DNA of 58,924 nucleotides, from NCBI GenBank assembly GCA_001919285.1, contig MNHO01000022.1:14444-73367 (forward strand), read 5' to 3'. Made by a program: the position numbers and the translations under genes. Every line of letters starts with the position of its first letter. Within the stretch, counting starts at the first letter, position 1. The notes below the pieces were generated by a model. The model saw only the letters and a program-made list of their open reading frames with translations, ran no database searches and was not told the origin of the DNA. This document shows, in pieces, positions 44,695 through 53,930 of the stretch. Origin of the DNA: an archaeon 13_1_40CM_2_52_13 (GTDB lineage: Archaea > Thermoproteota > Bathyarchaeia > 40CM-2-53-6).

Positions 44695-45327
44695 TCAGAT
44701 GATCAACGAGGCAATCAACGTGAATGATCCGAACCCCAATAGTGCCAGACCAGCGTAGCCGTTGGACGATTTGACGCTGTTCTTTCTCATGGATCCGAAG
44801 AATGAGGGGAAATTGATCGCGTGAAAGACTCCCCCGAGAATGAGCGCGTATACTAGTGAGAGACCCGATAGAGCAAATAGAGTAACAATCGCGTAGAAGG
44901 CGTATTCCACGACGAAGGCGACCGGGCCTCTCTTCCACAATCCCGCCCCCACCTTTCGATCCCCATCGAAGCCGAGGACGGGCAAGTCCTTCAGATGCAC
45001 AACTGTATCGAGCAACCAGTGAGAAGCCGAACCCGCAACGAACACCGGAACGACAAGCCGAGTATTCAGAAGCCCGGCAATGAGGAGACCGACAGGGAGC
45101 GACCAGACACTTCCGAGTACGAGAGAATGAGAGTAGGGAAACTTCTCAAAGACGATAAACTTCTGCAGAGGACTGTCCGGGTTTATTCTAACCTTCTCCA
45201 CGCCGGCCGGAACCAGTAACGACCATAGCAGGTCTGGAAAGCTGACCGCTATCAGAACGACCGGCAGGGGAACCTGCGGAAACAGTCTCCAGAGAAGAAA
45301 CGCAATCGCAAAGTGGCCGACAAACAT
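44695..45327 (-). CDS. membrane-bound metal-dependent hydrolase-like protein
   Basis: This is a 210 aa ORF. It has an MFVGHFAIAF N-terminus, multiple TM segments and conserved His residues (SHSL, SHWLLD). Confidence 0.5.
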   Translation of the reverse strand: MFVGHFAIAFLLWRLFPQVPLPVVLIAVSFPDLLWSLLVPAGVEKVRINPDSPLQKFIVFEKFPYSHSLVLGSVWSLPVGLLIAGLLNTRLVVPVFVAGSASHWLLDTVVHLKDLPVLGFDGDRKVGAGLWKRGPVAFVVEYAFYAIVTLFALSGLSLVYALILGGVFHAINFPSFFGSMRKNSVKSSNGYAGLALLGFGSFTLIASLII

Positions 45328-45491
45328 GCTTGTGGTCCCAGCATCTGAGGTTCTGTCTAATAACGGAGTGGTTTACCGGTCGTATTCGAATCGAATCTAG
45401 TAACGATAGTTGGTCTCGTTGCGAGAGTACCAATTGTGCGCGGCAGTTATAGGAAGAGTCTAGCCAAGAGAAGAGATGGAGGCCGACTGAC

Positions 45492-45680
45492 TTGGAAATG
45501 ATGTACGAAACTGGGGAGGGGTCCTATGCGGCGCATGAAAGGAGGCTGGCACTGGTCCACCGGGTCATCGTCCCGGACAAGGACTATCCGAAAGAGTATG
45601 TGATTCTCGTAACTGATCGTCGATCAATCTTCATCCCGCAAAGGAAAACGAGGAGCAGTTTTGTGCTTCGTGCGAGATGA
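45492..45680 (+). CDS. small hypothetical protein
   Basis: This is a 62 aa ORF. Its stop overlaps the next ATG (ATGA at 45677-45680). Confidence 0.3.
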   Translation: MEMMYETGEGSYAAHERRLALVHRVIVPDKDYPKEYVILVTDRRSIFIPQRKTRSSFVLRAR

Positions 45681-46087
45681 GATACGGAACGGCACTGGTG
45701 ACTGATGTGGAGCCGAGGACCCTTGAGGACTATGAGCAAACCAGTCTGGAATGGCTGGCGGCTGATGCTTCGAATATTGCCATTCCGCATGACGCGGTCA
45801 TCTCACTATTCATGACGAAGGGAGAGCCGAAATTCCGTTTACGGGACTTTTTCGTCTGGCTGACGATGAGAAGGCAGGGGCACAAGTTTCACGTGTACGA
45901 TTTCGAGATGAACTACAGAGATAATGCGAATTTGGAGACCCGGATTAGATTCTATATGGTGCCGTTAGGCGTGTATTTCAAGACCAGAAGACAAACCCAG
46001 ACTAGGGAAACGATCCTCCGTGAATACGCCATGGACGCGCTCCAGATTTTCCAAAAGGTCCTCCCGAACAGAATCATATCGTCGTAA
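45677..46087 (+). CDS. hypothetical protein
   Basis: This is a 136 aa ORF, apparently translationally coupled to the preceding small ORF. Confidence 0.4.
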   Translation: MRYGTALVTDVEPRTLEDYEQTSLEWLAADASNIAIPHDAVISLFMTKGEPKFRLRDFFVWLTMRRQGHKFHVYDFEMNYRDNANLETRIRFYMVPLGVYFKTRRQTQTRETILREYAMDALQIFQKVLPNRIISS

Positions 46088-46184
46088 TATTTGTTCATGA
46101 AAGAGTTGGAGCTTCGCAGCTGTCAATCCATGAGCGGAAGAAAGGTTAATTAAGTCTACACTTAATTAAGCGGCTGCTAATCGT

Positions 46185-46556
46185 ATGTCAAGCGTACAGC
46201 GAGACAACGCGACGGAAACACAGGAACTCTTCAACGCACTAGCTGAGCCTACAAGGCGTAGCATCATAGAGCTTCTCGCAACCAAAGGACAATTGTCCGT
46301 TACGGACATCTGCGATAACTTTGACGTCAGTCCACCAGCAATCTCACAGCACCTCAAGGTACTGCGGAAAGCTAATTTCGTGCGCGTGGAAAAAAGGGCC
46401 CAACAGCGCATATACCAGATCAACCGCCGTGCGATGTCAGAGCTTGAAGACTGGGTTCAAAAAATGACCAAGCGTTACGATGCTCGCTATGATGCCTTAG
46501 ACAAACTATTGGAAGCAGAAAAGAAGAAACTTGCAAAGGGTGGTGAGAAGAAGTGA
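46185..46556 (+). CDS. ArsR/SmtB family transcriptional regulator
   Basis: [48 protein letters not shown] is a canonical ArsR HTH. Confidence 0.85.
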   Translation: MSSVQRDNATETQELFNALAEPTRRSIIELLATKGQLSVTDICDNFDVSPPAISQHLKVLRKANFVRVEKRAQQRIYQINRRAMSELEDWVQKMTKRYDARYDALDKLLEAEKKKLAKGGEKK

Positions 46557-47080
46557 GTAAGACAAAAATTACTGCCGAACCTGGCAAGCAAGAGTTCTTC
46601 GTCACAAGGGAGTTTGACGCCTCCCGGGAGCTCGTCTTCAAAGCACACACTGATCCGAAGCTCTACACGCAGTGGCTTGGACCGCGAAGACTGACAATGA
46701 GGCTCGAGAAATTTGAACCGAGAAGCGGAGGCATGTGGAGATACTTCCATAAAGACAAGGACGGGACTGAATATGGATTTCACGGCGTGATTCACGAAGT
46801 TCTCCCGCCTGAGCGAATCATTGACACGTTCGAATTTGAAGGCTTACCTGAAAAGGGACATGTAGCTCTCCAGACACTGAGATTGCAAGAATTACCGGGC
46901 GGAAGAACCAAGCTGACTGTCCAAGCAGTTTTCCAGTCTGTCGCAGACCGGGACGGAATGATCCAGAGCGGTGCTGAAGAAGGAATGAATGAATCCTACG
47001 AGCGTCTCGATGAACTCTTGAAAGAGCAGCGCGAAGGCCAGCGGCACGAGAAAACTCCAATGCAACAGGCCGCAACGTGA
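46553..47080 (+). CDS. SRPBCC (AHSA1/START-like) domain protein
   Basis: This is a 175 aa ORF with a GTG start that overlaps the arsR stop. [23 protein letters not shown] and the ArsR pairing are typical of this family. Confidence 0.8.
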   Translation: MSKTKITAEPGKQEFFVTREFDASRELVFKAHTDPKLYTQWLGPRRLTMRLEKFEPRSGGMWRYFHKDKDGTEYGFHGVIHEVLPPERIIDTFEFEGLPEKGHVALQTLRLQELPGGRTKLTVQAVFQSVADRDGMIQSGAEEGMNESYERLDELLKEQREGQRHEKTPMQQAAT

Positions 47081-47083
47081 CCA

Positions 47084-47125
47084 CCCGGGTTTTTACCCCC
47101 CCGCCCTACGAGGGCGGGACCAACC
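47084..47125 (+). repeat. CCCGGG-T5 plus GC hairpin element
   Basis: CCCGGGTTTTT lies at 47084-47094. CCCGCCC-TACGA-GGGCGGG-ACCAAC lies at 47100-47125. It starts 4 nt after the stop at 47078-47080 and is related to the element at 27571-27615. Confidence 0.4.
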
Positions 47126-47221
47126 CCCTCTTGAGCACAGTTGTTGAGATTATCCCAGAATAAATATCAGAAAAGAATCTGAAATCAAGAGGGAATCAAC
47201 CTGAGAAATATTGTCTGGCTC

Positions 47222-47770
47222 ATGCACGTGTCTCTTGATGGTTTTGTTGCGGGTCCGAATGGAGAAATTGACTGGGCCCGTTTTGACGACGACCTCGTCG
47301 AAGATGTCCAAGCTCTGGTAGGCTCAGCTGACACGGCCCTTTTTGGACGAGTGACCTATCAGCTCATGGAAAGCTACTGGCCGACTGCAGCGGATAGTCC
47401 GACAGCGTCGAAGCATGACCTTGACCATTCACGATGGCTCAATCCCGCACCCAAGATAGTATTCTCCAGAACCCTGAAAAACGTTCATTGGCAGAATACG
47501 AGAATTGTCAAAGATCATATCGGCGAAGAAATTGCCAGACTGCGGAAACAGCCTGGCAAGAACCTCATGCTATTCGCTAGCCCAACGCTTGGGTCAACGT
47601 TCATGAATCTGAACTTGATCGACGAATACTTCTTCAACATCAATCCTATCGTTCTCGGGAAGGGAAAGCCCTTGTTCAGTGACCAGAGTGAGATGCGTCG
47701 GTTGAAACTATTAGGATCTAAGACGTACAAGAACGGTGTGGTCAGTCTTCGCTATCGCGGGGGAAGCTAG
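47222..47770 (+). CDS. dihydrofolate reductase family protein (RibD C-terminal domain-like)
   Basis: It has MHVSLDGFVAGPNGEIDW, GRVTYQLM and LFASPTL blocks. Confidence 0.8.
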   Translation: MHVSLDGFVAGPNGEIDWARFDDDLVEDVQALVGSADTALFGRVTYQLMESYWPTAADSPTASKHDLDHSRWLNPAPKIVFSRTLKNVHWQNTRIVKDHIGEEIARLRKQPGKNLMLFASPTLGSTFMNLNLIDEYFFNINPIVLGKGKPLFSDQSEMRRLKLLGSKTYKNGVVSLRYRGGS

Positions 47771-47774
47771 TAGA

Positions 47775-48347
47775 ATGAGAAAGATAGTCGTTTCAGAGTT
47801 CGTGTCACTGGATGGTGTCGTGGAAGATCCGGGGGGAGCTGAGAAGTTCAAGCATGGGGGCTGGAGTTTCAAATTCCGAGACGATCAAGTTCCAAAATAC
47901 AAGATGGATGAGCTGAAGGCGAGCGAGTCGCTCTTGTTAGGACGCGTTACCTATGAGGAATTCGCAAAAGCCTGGCCTTCAAGGAAGGACGATGTAGGTT
48001 TCGCTGATAAAATGAACAACATGCACAAGTACGTCGTTTCAACGACTTCGAAGAAACTCGACTGGAACAATTCTCACCTGATAAAAACGAATGTCGTGGA
48101 GGAGGTCAAGAAGCTGAAACAGCAGCCAGGTCAGGACATTCTGGTCTATGGTAGCGGTAAGCTGGTGAACATGCTGTTGAAGCATGACCTCGTCGACGAG
48201 TTGCGGCTCATGGTCCATCCTGTCGTCTTGGGAAGCGGGAGACGACTCTTCGATGACAACGCGGAGACAATGAAGGTCTTGAAACTTGCAGAATCGAAGA
48301 CCTTCCCTTCAGGCATCGTCCTCCTCTCCTACCACCCAGCAAAGTAG
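47775..48347 (+). CDS. dihydrofolate reductase family protein (RibD C-terminal domain-like), tandem paralog
   Basis: From the ATG at 47775 the translation begins MRKIVVSEFVSLDGVVEDPGG. GRVTYEEF and LVYGSGKL blocks are present. Confidence 0.8.
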   Translation: MRKIVVSEFVSLDGVVEDPGGAEKFKHGGWSFKFRDDQVPKYKMDELKASESLLLGRVTYEEFAKAWPSRKDDVGFADKMNNMHKYVVSTTSKKLDWNNSHLIKTNVVEEVKKLKQQPGQDILVYGSGKLVNMLLKHDLVDELRLMVHPVVLGSGRRLFDDNAETMKVLKLAESKTFPSGIVLLSYHPAK

Positions 48348-49580
48348 CGAAAAATAGAGGACCCAGCGCCCGAGACCAAACAGCCCATACGGGGAATCAA
48401 AAAAGGTTCGGACCCGATTCCGAAAGTTGGATACTTCACATTCCATTAGGGACCCTTTGCTTAAGATCGGGTAATATTTTCGGATTGACAGTAGAAAGAA
48501 ACCAGTCAAAACCATTGTCGAGCGTCCGGAAACGGGCAGTATCAAATGAGGACCGAAGCTCGTGGGTAAAATGCTGGAAGTGTGGAAAATGGCTTCATTG
48601 TCGGAAGTGCCTGACACACCACCTTTACAACACACCGCACAGATAGAACAGGGAGAAAATTGCGGATACCTTGATGACCCAACTTCAAAATTTGAGGGGT
48701 GCTGATCCCACTTCGAGGAAGATGTCCCTTCTAAGGACCAAGTCACAGGTCCCGAAAGGAAAATATGCTTAACCCTTCTGAGAGGTTTGAACTAGCGCCT
48801 CAGGCTTGGGTTCAGATGAAAGTTCAAACCTTCGCTCGCTTGTTTTCACTTAATATTCTTGAAAAGCGTGCGATCCGGCAACCCATCCGAACCAGGTCCC
48901 TCCTCGACCAGAGAGTTAGGGTCTCAACGACGACCGTAGAATGTGGTGGCAGTGCTGCCGGAGTAACGCGCTACTTACCTACGCCTGCTGCCGACCAATA
49001 GTCCCTCCTTGACTACGAAGTTGAACCGCCTATTCCGATTGTACTCCATGCGAAGAGAGAGTCCTGATGCCAATCCGCCGGCGACTGAAAGTACGGGTCA
49101 GAAGCCACCTCGTAAGCAGAAGGATTCTCGCCGCGCAAACCATAGAGCAAGGTCAAAGCCGGCCGACCGGGCAAAGGCCAGGAGCGCCCAGGGAGTCCAA
49201 GCTTAGGTCGAACTAAATACCCACGAGCCACTATCTAGTGGCAATAGGCATCATGCAGCGCTCCACTAGGAGGTTGGTGATCGTAAAACCGATTGGAGAC
49301 GACCTTGTCCCAGATTTCCGAATCTTGAGGCTGCACGCGAAAAGCAGCCTTGCCAGAAATCCTGTCATGCAATTGCTCTTCGAAGTTTCCAAAGAGCCCC
49401 CGGGAAAGGGAAACTGCCTGCTCACTACCATAATGGCCCGCCTCGGAAAACGCAGCTTCCTACTATTCTTCCACATACCGGTCGGCGGCTGCCAAGACCC
49501 CTCCATATGCGTCACAGCCCTGGGACGATTCATCGTAACCAGGTTCAAGATGCGATAGTCCCAGCCACCCTAATCGCCTC

Positions 49581-50723
49581 ATGGTAACTGAAGGCACTAT
49601 CCACGCTCAACAAAGAACTCGTCGAATGCTCCTGGCCACGCGCGCTGTTAGGCGATCGGTTTCGGGGCTCACTGGAATGACGAGTGGCCCTGCGTGGCGT
49701 TTTTCAGACACTCGGCACACCGAGAAAAAACATGTGCCTTTAATGCTTGTGCACGCCGATTGGGTCTGGGCTACAGTGCGATCTCTAGCGCCCTCAGCTA
49801 TCGTCCTCCGATATCATCGAGATAGGTTTGAAAGAATTGCCACAGACCCAGAAGACAACATTCGCTGGATAGCTTGGAGGAGGGATGGAAGATCAGCCCT
49901 AGCCGTAGGAAACCGGGGCCTTGTTCTCGGCTTCGATGGTCAGAAATTTAGGAAATTCAACAGCCCGACGCGAGAGAATCTCAGGTGCGCGTCTTACAAT
50001 CCCATGAACGAGGCAATGATAGTGGGCAACCGCGGAGCCGTGCTTCTGTTCAAAAATGGAAATCTCGAAGTGGTCGGAGTAGGCACGGAAGCTAACCTGA
50101 GACGTGTGGCTTGGTCACCTGACGGCTCGACAGCCCTCTTGGTAGGAAACGACGGAGCAGCTCTTGGATGGAAAGTTGGAAAAACTCAGGAGCTGGCCGG
50201 TGCTCTCAACAATCTCCGCTCGGTTTCGTGGCATCATCAAGGCAGGAATGCCTTGGTTTCGGGCAACTACTTTGGCACGTCGATGGTTCCATGTCCCACG
50301 CTTTACGGATATGAGGAGGGTGCGAAAGAGCTGAAACCTCTCATAACGATCGAGAAAACGGACATTATTGGGGTCGAATGGAACCCTGACGGGTCATACG
50401 CTCTTGCGGTTGGCTACGAAGTGGTCTGGCACGAACCCCGCGTATTTCGATGGACCAACGGCGAACTCGAAAACATACCAGTCACTGAGCCGAGTCTATA
50501 CCCGACCTTAGTTGCTTGGGACCCGAGGAATAACCGGGCTTTGATAGGAACAGGTAGCCCGTTCCCTCGTAGCCGAGGACAAGGAGCCATACTCAACTTT
50601 GAGGAGGGACACATTCGGAAGCTCTACTCGTGCCCGCACAGGATAACGTGTATGGCCTGGCATCCGAAAGGGGATGTTGCTATCATCATTGGAAACACGA
50701 ACGCGAGAACCTTCACAACCTGA
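49581..50723 (+). CDS. beta-propeller repeat protein
   Basis: A unit of about 45 aa repeats (W..DG..ALaVGN.GavL.f...). The first roughly 55 aa look non-native, so the true start may be the internal Met of MLVHADWVW. Confidence 0.5.
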   Translation: MVTEGTIHAQQRTRRMLLATRAVRRSVSGLTGMTSGPAWRFSDTRHTEKKHVPLMLVHADWVWATVRSLAPSAIVLRYHRDRFERIATDPEDNIRWIAWRRDGRSALAVGNRGLVLGFDGQKFRKFNSPTRENLRCASYNPMNEAMIVGNRGAVLLFKNGNLEVVGVGTEANLRRVAWSPDGSTALLVGNDGAALGWKVGKTQELAGALNNLRSVSWHHQGRNALVSGNYFGTSMVPCPTLYGYEEGAKELKPLITIEKTDIIGVEWNPDGSYALAVGYEVVWHEPRVFRWTNGELENIPVTEPSLYPTLVAWDPRNNRALIGTGSPFPRSRGQGAILNFEEGHIRKLYSCPHRITCMAWHPKGDVAIIIGNTNARTFTT

Positions 50724-50984
50724 CTATGTGAGGTGTTTCTAAAGGAAACTGCGGTAGGAAGTCTCGCCCTAAGGGTTGGACCCTTCCTTAACGGTAGATC
50801 AGCAGGTCGCTAAACTGGACAAGCCCGACTGTGGAAACAAATCATTGCGAAGAAAGGATTCTGCGGACTTGAGGGCAGGCCTTCGCCGGGTTTCGGGTAG
50901 ACCCACTGGTAAAAGGGCGGCCCTTCCGATAAGAACAATTAGCCTAACAAGGGCCTACTCATTCTCAGTAGGAGCATAGCAGGA

Positions 50985-51299
50985 ATGGTCGCTGAGTTGG
51001 TCAACGTCGCAACAACACTCGAAGTTCCACCGGGCGTGATGAAGATGGTCCAGGTGGCGGACCAAGAAGTCTGCCTCGCAAACGTGGACGGCAAATGTTA
51101 CGCGATAGGAAACGTGTGCACCCACGAGGAAGGACCTCTAGACCAGGGGAGGCTAGAAGAGAACGAGATCGAATGTCCTTGGCACGGGTCCCGGTTCGAC
51201 GTCAGAACGGGCCAGGTAATGGTGGGCCCTGCCTCAAAACCTGAATCTGTCTATGAGGTCATCCTAGAAGGAACCAACATCCTCGTCAGACCCAAGTAG
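50985..51299 (+). CDS. Rieske [2Fe-2S] ferredoxin-type protein
   Basis: It carries the CTHEEGPL...CPWHGSRFD cluster motifs in a 104 aa ORF. Confidence 0.85.
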   Translation: MVAELVNVATTLEVPPGVMKMVQVADQEVCLANVDGKCYAIGNVCTHEEGPLDQGRLEENEIECPWHGSRFDVRTGQVMVGPASKPESVYEVILEGTNILVRPK

Positions 51300-51581
51300 T
51301 TTCTCTTGGCTGATCGGGCTGTAATTTCGGGGCGCGAGTCCCTCCGGCTCACTTCGAGTTTCAAATCCTTCTGAGGGTCGTCAGTCCTACCTCGGCTTGA
51401 GAGCCTGGTCCAGTTTCTAGTCTGTTTGTATTATGTCGTTTCCACGTATTTCCTCCGCCACTCAAGGGCATCTCCAAATTTGACGGATACGAAAAAGAAA
51501 GAGACGAAATGTTCGTCGGGCTTCTCGATTCACTTTCCCAAATCCAAAGACTGCCCTCTAGAGGTTCAAATCACTCAAGCG

Positions 51582-52364
51582 TCACGAAGTACGATGTATG
51601 TTGAACCGGAACGGATCTTCGTACCTGTCGATGAGTCCTAGTTGTCGCTGTTTTTCCTGTATTCTTGTTATAGCCTTCCCGTGAATCCTGTCATGCCAAA
51701 CGAACCGTCTTAGGATTTTCTTCAGGGTCCATTCTTCGTTTTGCACATTGTAGATTTTCGAGTTGCCTTCCTTACTGAAGAGGTGTGCAAGACTGTCAAA
51801 GCTTAATTCGCGGATTTCCATTAAGGGTAATGCGTCGTCTTCTGAAAAGGCGATTCCGGTCCTTGATAGGTAGTAGTACTGTGTCCTCTTTACATGATCG
51901 AATATTTCTTTGATGGTCTTCTTGTTCTGGCCGTAAAATGTTTTCCTAATACGGGCTTCATCTACCCAGTCCTTGAGCTGCGTCCGATCATACAGCTTTG
52001 CGAAGCTGGCCCCGGAATGCTTCGCTAGTTCGACTAGCAATTGAAATTCCCTGTCGCTCATTGGGCCTCGATCGACATCTAAGAGGATCTCGCAGTCTGC
52101 ATCTTCAACCGTTAGCTTGCATTGATGAGTCTGAACAATATGTGCTTTCGGGAGTTGTTTGAGTTCTCGTCCAAGCCACGCGAGGTAGGACGTGGCCTCG
52201 TGCTGTGCTTTGGATAGAGCTTCTTCCTCTTTGGCACCTCTGACGAACGCTCCCGGTAGCTCCACAATGAATCCGTGGAACCCCTTACCATTAGTCTCTA
52301 AGGCCACTGAAAGGTGACTACTTGCAACAAGGCTCAGTTCTCTGGCAAATGATAACAACGCCAA
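51582..52364 (-). CDS. hypothetical protein with a HicB-like N-terminal domain and a DinB-like C-terminal helical domain
   Basis: FHGFIVELPGAFVRGAKEEEALSKAQHE resembles the HicB/UPF0150 fold. The C-terminal WTLKKILRRFVWHDRIHGKAI resembles DinB-superfamily His motifs. Confidence 0.4.
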   Translation of the reverse strand: MALLSFARELSLVASSHLSVALETNGKGFHGFIVELPGAFVRGAKEEEALSKAQHEATSYLAWLGRELKQLPKAHIVQTHQCKLTVEDADCEILLDVDRGPMSDREFQLLVELAKHSGASFAKLYDRTQLKDWVDEARIRKTFYGQNKKTIKEIFDHVKRTQYYYLSRTGIAFSEDDALPLMEIRELSFDSLAHLFSKEGNSKIYNVQNEEWTLKKILRRFVWHDRIHGKAITRIQEKQRQLGLIDRYEDPFRFNIHRTS

Positions 52365-52512
52365 ACCTTGTCTCTGATCATTGATGGATCTATGAAGACT
52401 TCTCCGAAACGCAAAAGCCCTCCATTCTTGGAGGGGCTGTGAACATTATGAAAAGAATTGTCAAGAACTTATCCCGGGTTTTCAAGAACTCAAGACCGTC
52501 CCCAGACCAAAC

Positions 52513-52896
52513 TTGAAACTCATCTTCATCTATGGACCCCCTGCAGTTGGAAAGCTCACTGTCGCAACTGAACTCGCAAAACAGACTGGATTCAAACTGT
52601 TCCACAACCACATCTCCCTTCAATTCGTTCAATCTGTCTTTGAGTTTGGTACAAAGCTGTTCTGGAGACTGACCGACAAGTTTCGATTGGAGATGTTAGA
52701 GGAAGCTGCAAAAGAACGAGTCGATACAGTCTTCACGTTCGTCTATGTCAAAGGCACTGACGATTCTTTTGTAAGACAGACAATCCGAAGAGTCAGGTCA
52801 CGCGGTGGTCAAGTTTGTTTCGTCCAGCTCCATTGCCACGAGGAAGAATTAGCCAAGCGAGTCAAGACCAAAGCTAGGAGGAACATGGAAAAATAA
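52513..52896 (+). CDS. P-loop NTPase/kinase-like protein, apparently truncated by a frameshift at an A5 run
   Basis: The Walker A region reads IFIYGPPAVGKLTVA. After the stop at 52894-52896, the -1 frame continues for 55 codons (ISTKTKLNSVLKKYHFDSEVPFQPSLSIDTTNYSPKSAARIIEQHYDL) to the TGA at 53058-53060. Confidence 0.6.
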   Translation: MKLIFIYGPPAVGKLTVATELAKQTGFKLFHNHISLQFVQSVFEFGTKLFWRLTDKFRLEMLEEAAKERVDTVFTFVYVKGTDDSFVRQTIRRVRSRGGQVCFVQLHCHEEELAKRVKTKARRNMEK

Positions 52897-53082
52897 GCAC
52901 AAAGACAAAACTCAATAGCGTCTTGAAGAAGTACCATTTTGATTCAGAAGTCCCATTCCAGCCAAGCCTAAGCATCGACACTACAAACTATTCTCCAAAG
53001 AGCGCAGCAAGAATAATCGAGCAACACTACGATCTCCGCCTTTTGAGGAAAACTACATGATCCTGCTGACAGAGTGAGTGTC

Positions 53083-53826
53083 TCAGGTTGAGCCTTGGTG
53101 GATCAGATGGACCATTTTGTTAATGATCCGTTCGTGCTTCTTCTCGTCTGCGTCGATCCACTCAAGAAGTAGCCTCGCTACTGGGTGAGATATTTTCACT
53201 GTGTCTCTGAGCGATTGTTCTCCCGCTTTGTCCTCTATCTGCAAGATCGCGTCGAGGAATTCTTTCTTTGGAACGTTCAGAGTAGGTTCGTGAGGTAGTT
53301 CGGTCCATGAGATTATCTGAGAAACAACATCAGCATGCCTCATGCTGTCCGCAGCTATCATTCTGAGCAGAAGTTTGGAGTATTGATCATCAAACTTTAC
53401 CGCTGATTCGAGGCACCTCTCCGAAGCCTTCAATTCCAATTCGAGTCTCTGTCGAAGAACCTCAACCACCTGTTTCTCCCTCTTCCGCGGTGTCTCTTCA
53501 AGCACCCTGCTGCCCTTGCTAGCAATTATTATCTGGTCAGCTGCTTCCATCAATTCCGCCATCCGCACTCCCTCTCTCACGCCACTTCGGACCCTTTGCA
53601 AGACCCTCTCTGCAAGAGCATCGATGGTACGGTCGACTTGAGCCGGTCGCGCGACTAGCCTCCCCCTCTTGCCCTTCAGATACTGAACCACTGCAGCGGG
53701 AGTGGTGTTGAGAACAGTTGCGATATCCTTCACCCTGAGACCCTCCCGTCTCAAGCTGAGAGCGAGGCGGGCACGAACGACAGGAATCAAGTTCTCGCTC
53801 TTGATCCCTTCAGCAATATTTCGCAT
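53083..53826 (-). CDS. HTH transcriptional regulator with a helical (ferritin-like?) C-terminal domain
   Basis: The N-terminal HTH reads LRVKDIATVLNTTPAAVVQYLKG. The C-terminal repeats contain DSMRHADV and DADEKKHERI. It is divergent from the ZIP transporter gene. Confidence 0.5.
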   Translation of the reverse strand: MRNIAEGIKSENLIPVVRARLALSLRREGLRVKDIATVLNTTPAAVVQYLKGKRGRLVARPAQVDRTIDALAERVLQRVRSGVREGVRMAELMEAADQIIIASKGSRVLEETPRKREKQVVEVLRQRLELELKASERCLESAVKFDDQYSKLLLRMIAADSMRHADVVSQIISWTELPHEPTLNVPKKEFLDAILQIEDKAGEQSLRDTVKISHPVARLLLEWIDADEKKHERIINKMVHLIHQGST

Positions 53827-53930
53827 GCTGTTGGGAAGCGAAATGCGCTGTTATTAACAGTGTTAACAGCTTTCGTTAACGTCGATTGGCTTAAATGACG
53901 TATGTCATAACCTAGAGTTACGTTGCGGCT

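Noticed and set aside
48515-48646. 43 aa TTG-initiated ORF with a CWKC-x5-CRKC motif, as a small zinc-finger protein.
   Set aside because: There is no SD. The spacing between the Cys pairs is atypically short, and nothing shows conservation. I mention it only under the gene-poor-region finding.
49460-49465. Tandem TAG TAG in a 116-codon minus-strand frame as pyrrolysine codons.
   Set aside because: Three overlapping long ORFs occupy the same 320 nt, so long open frames here are not evidence of coding. There is no pyl gene context and no recognisable protein family.
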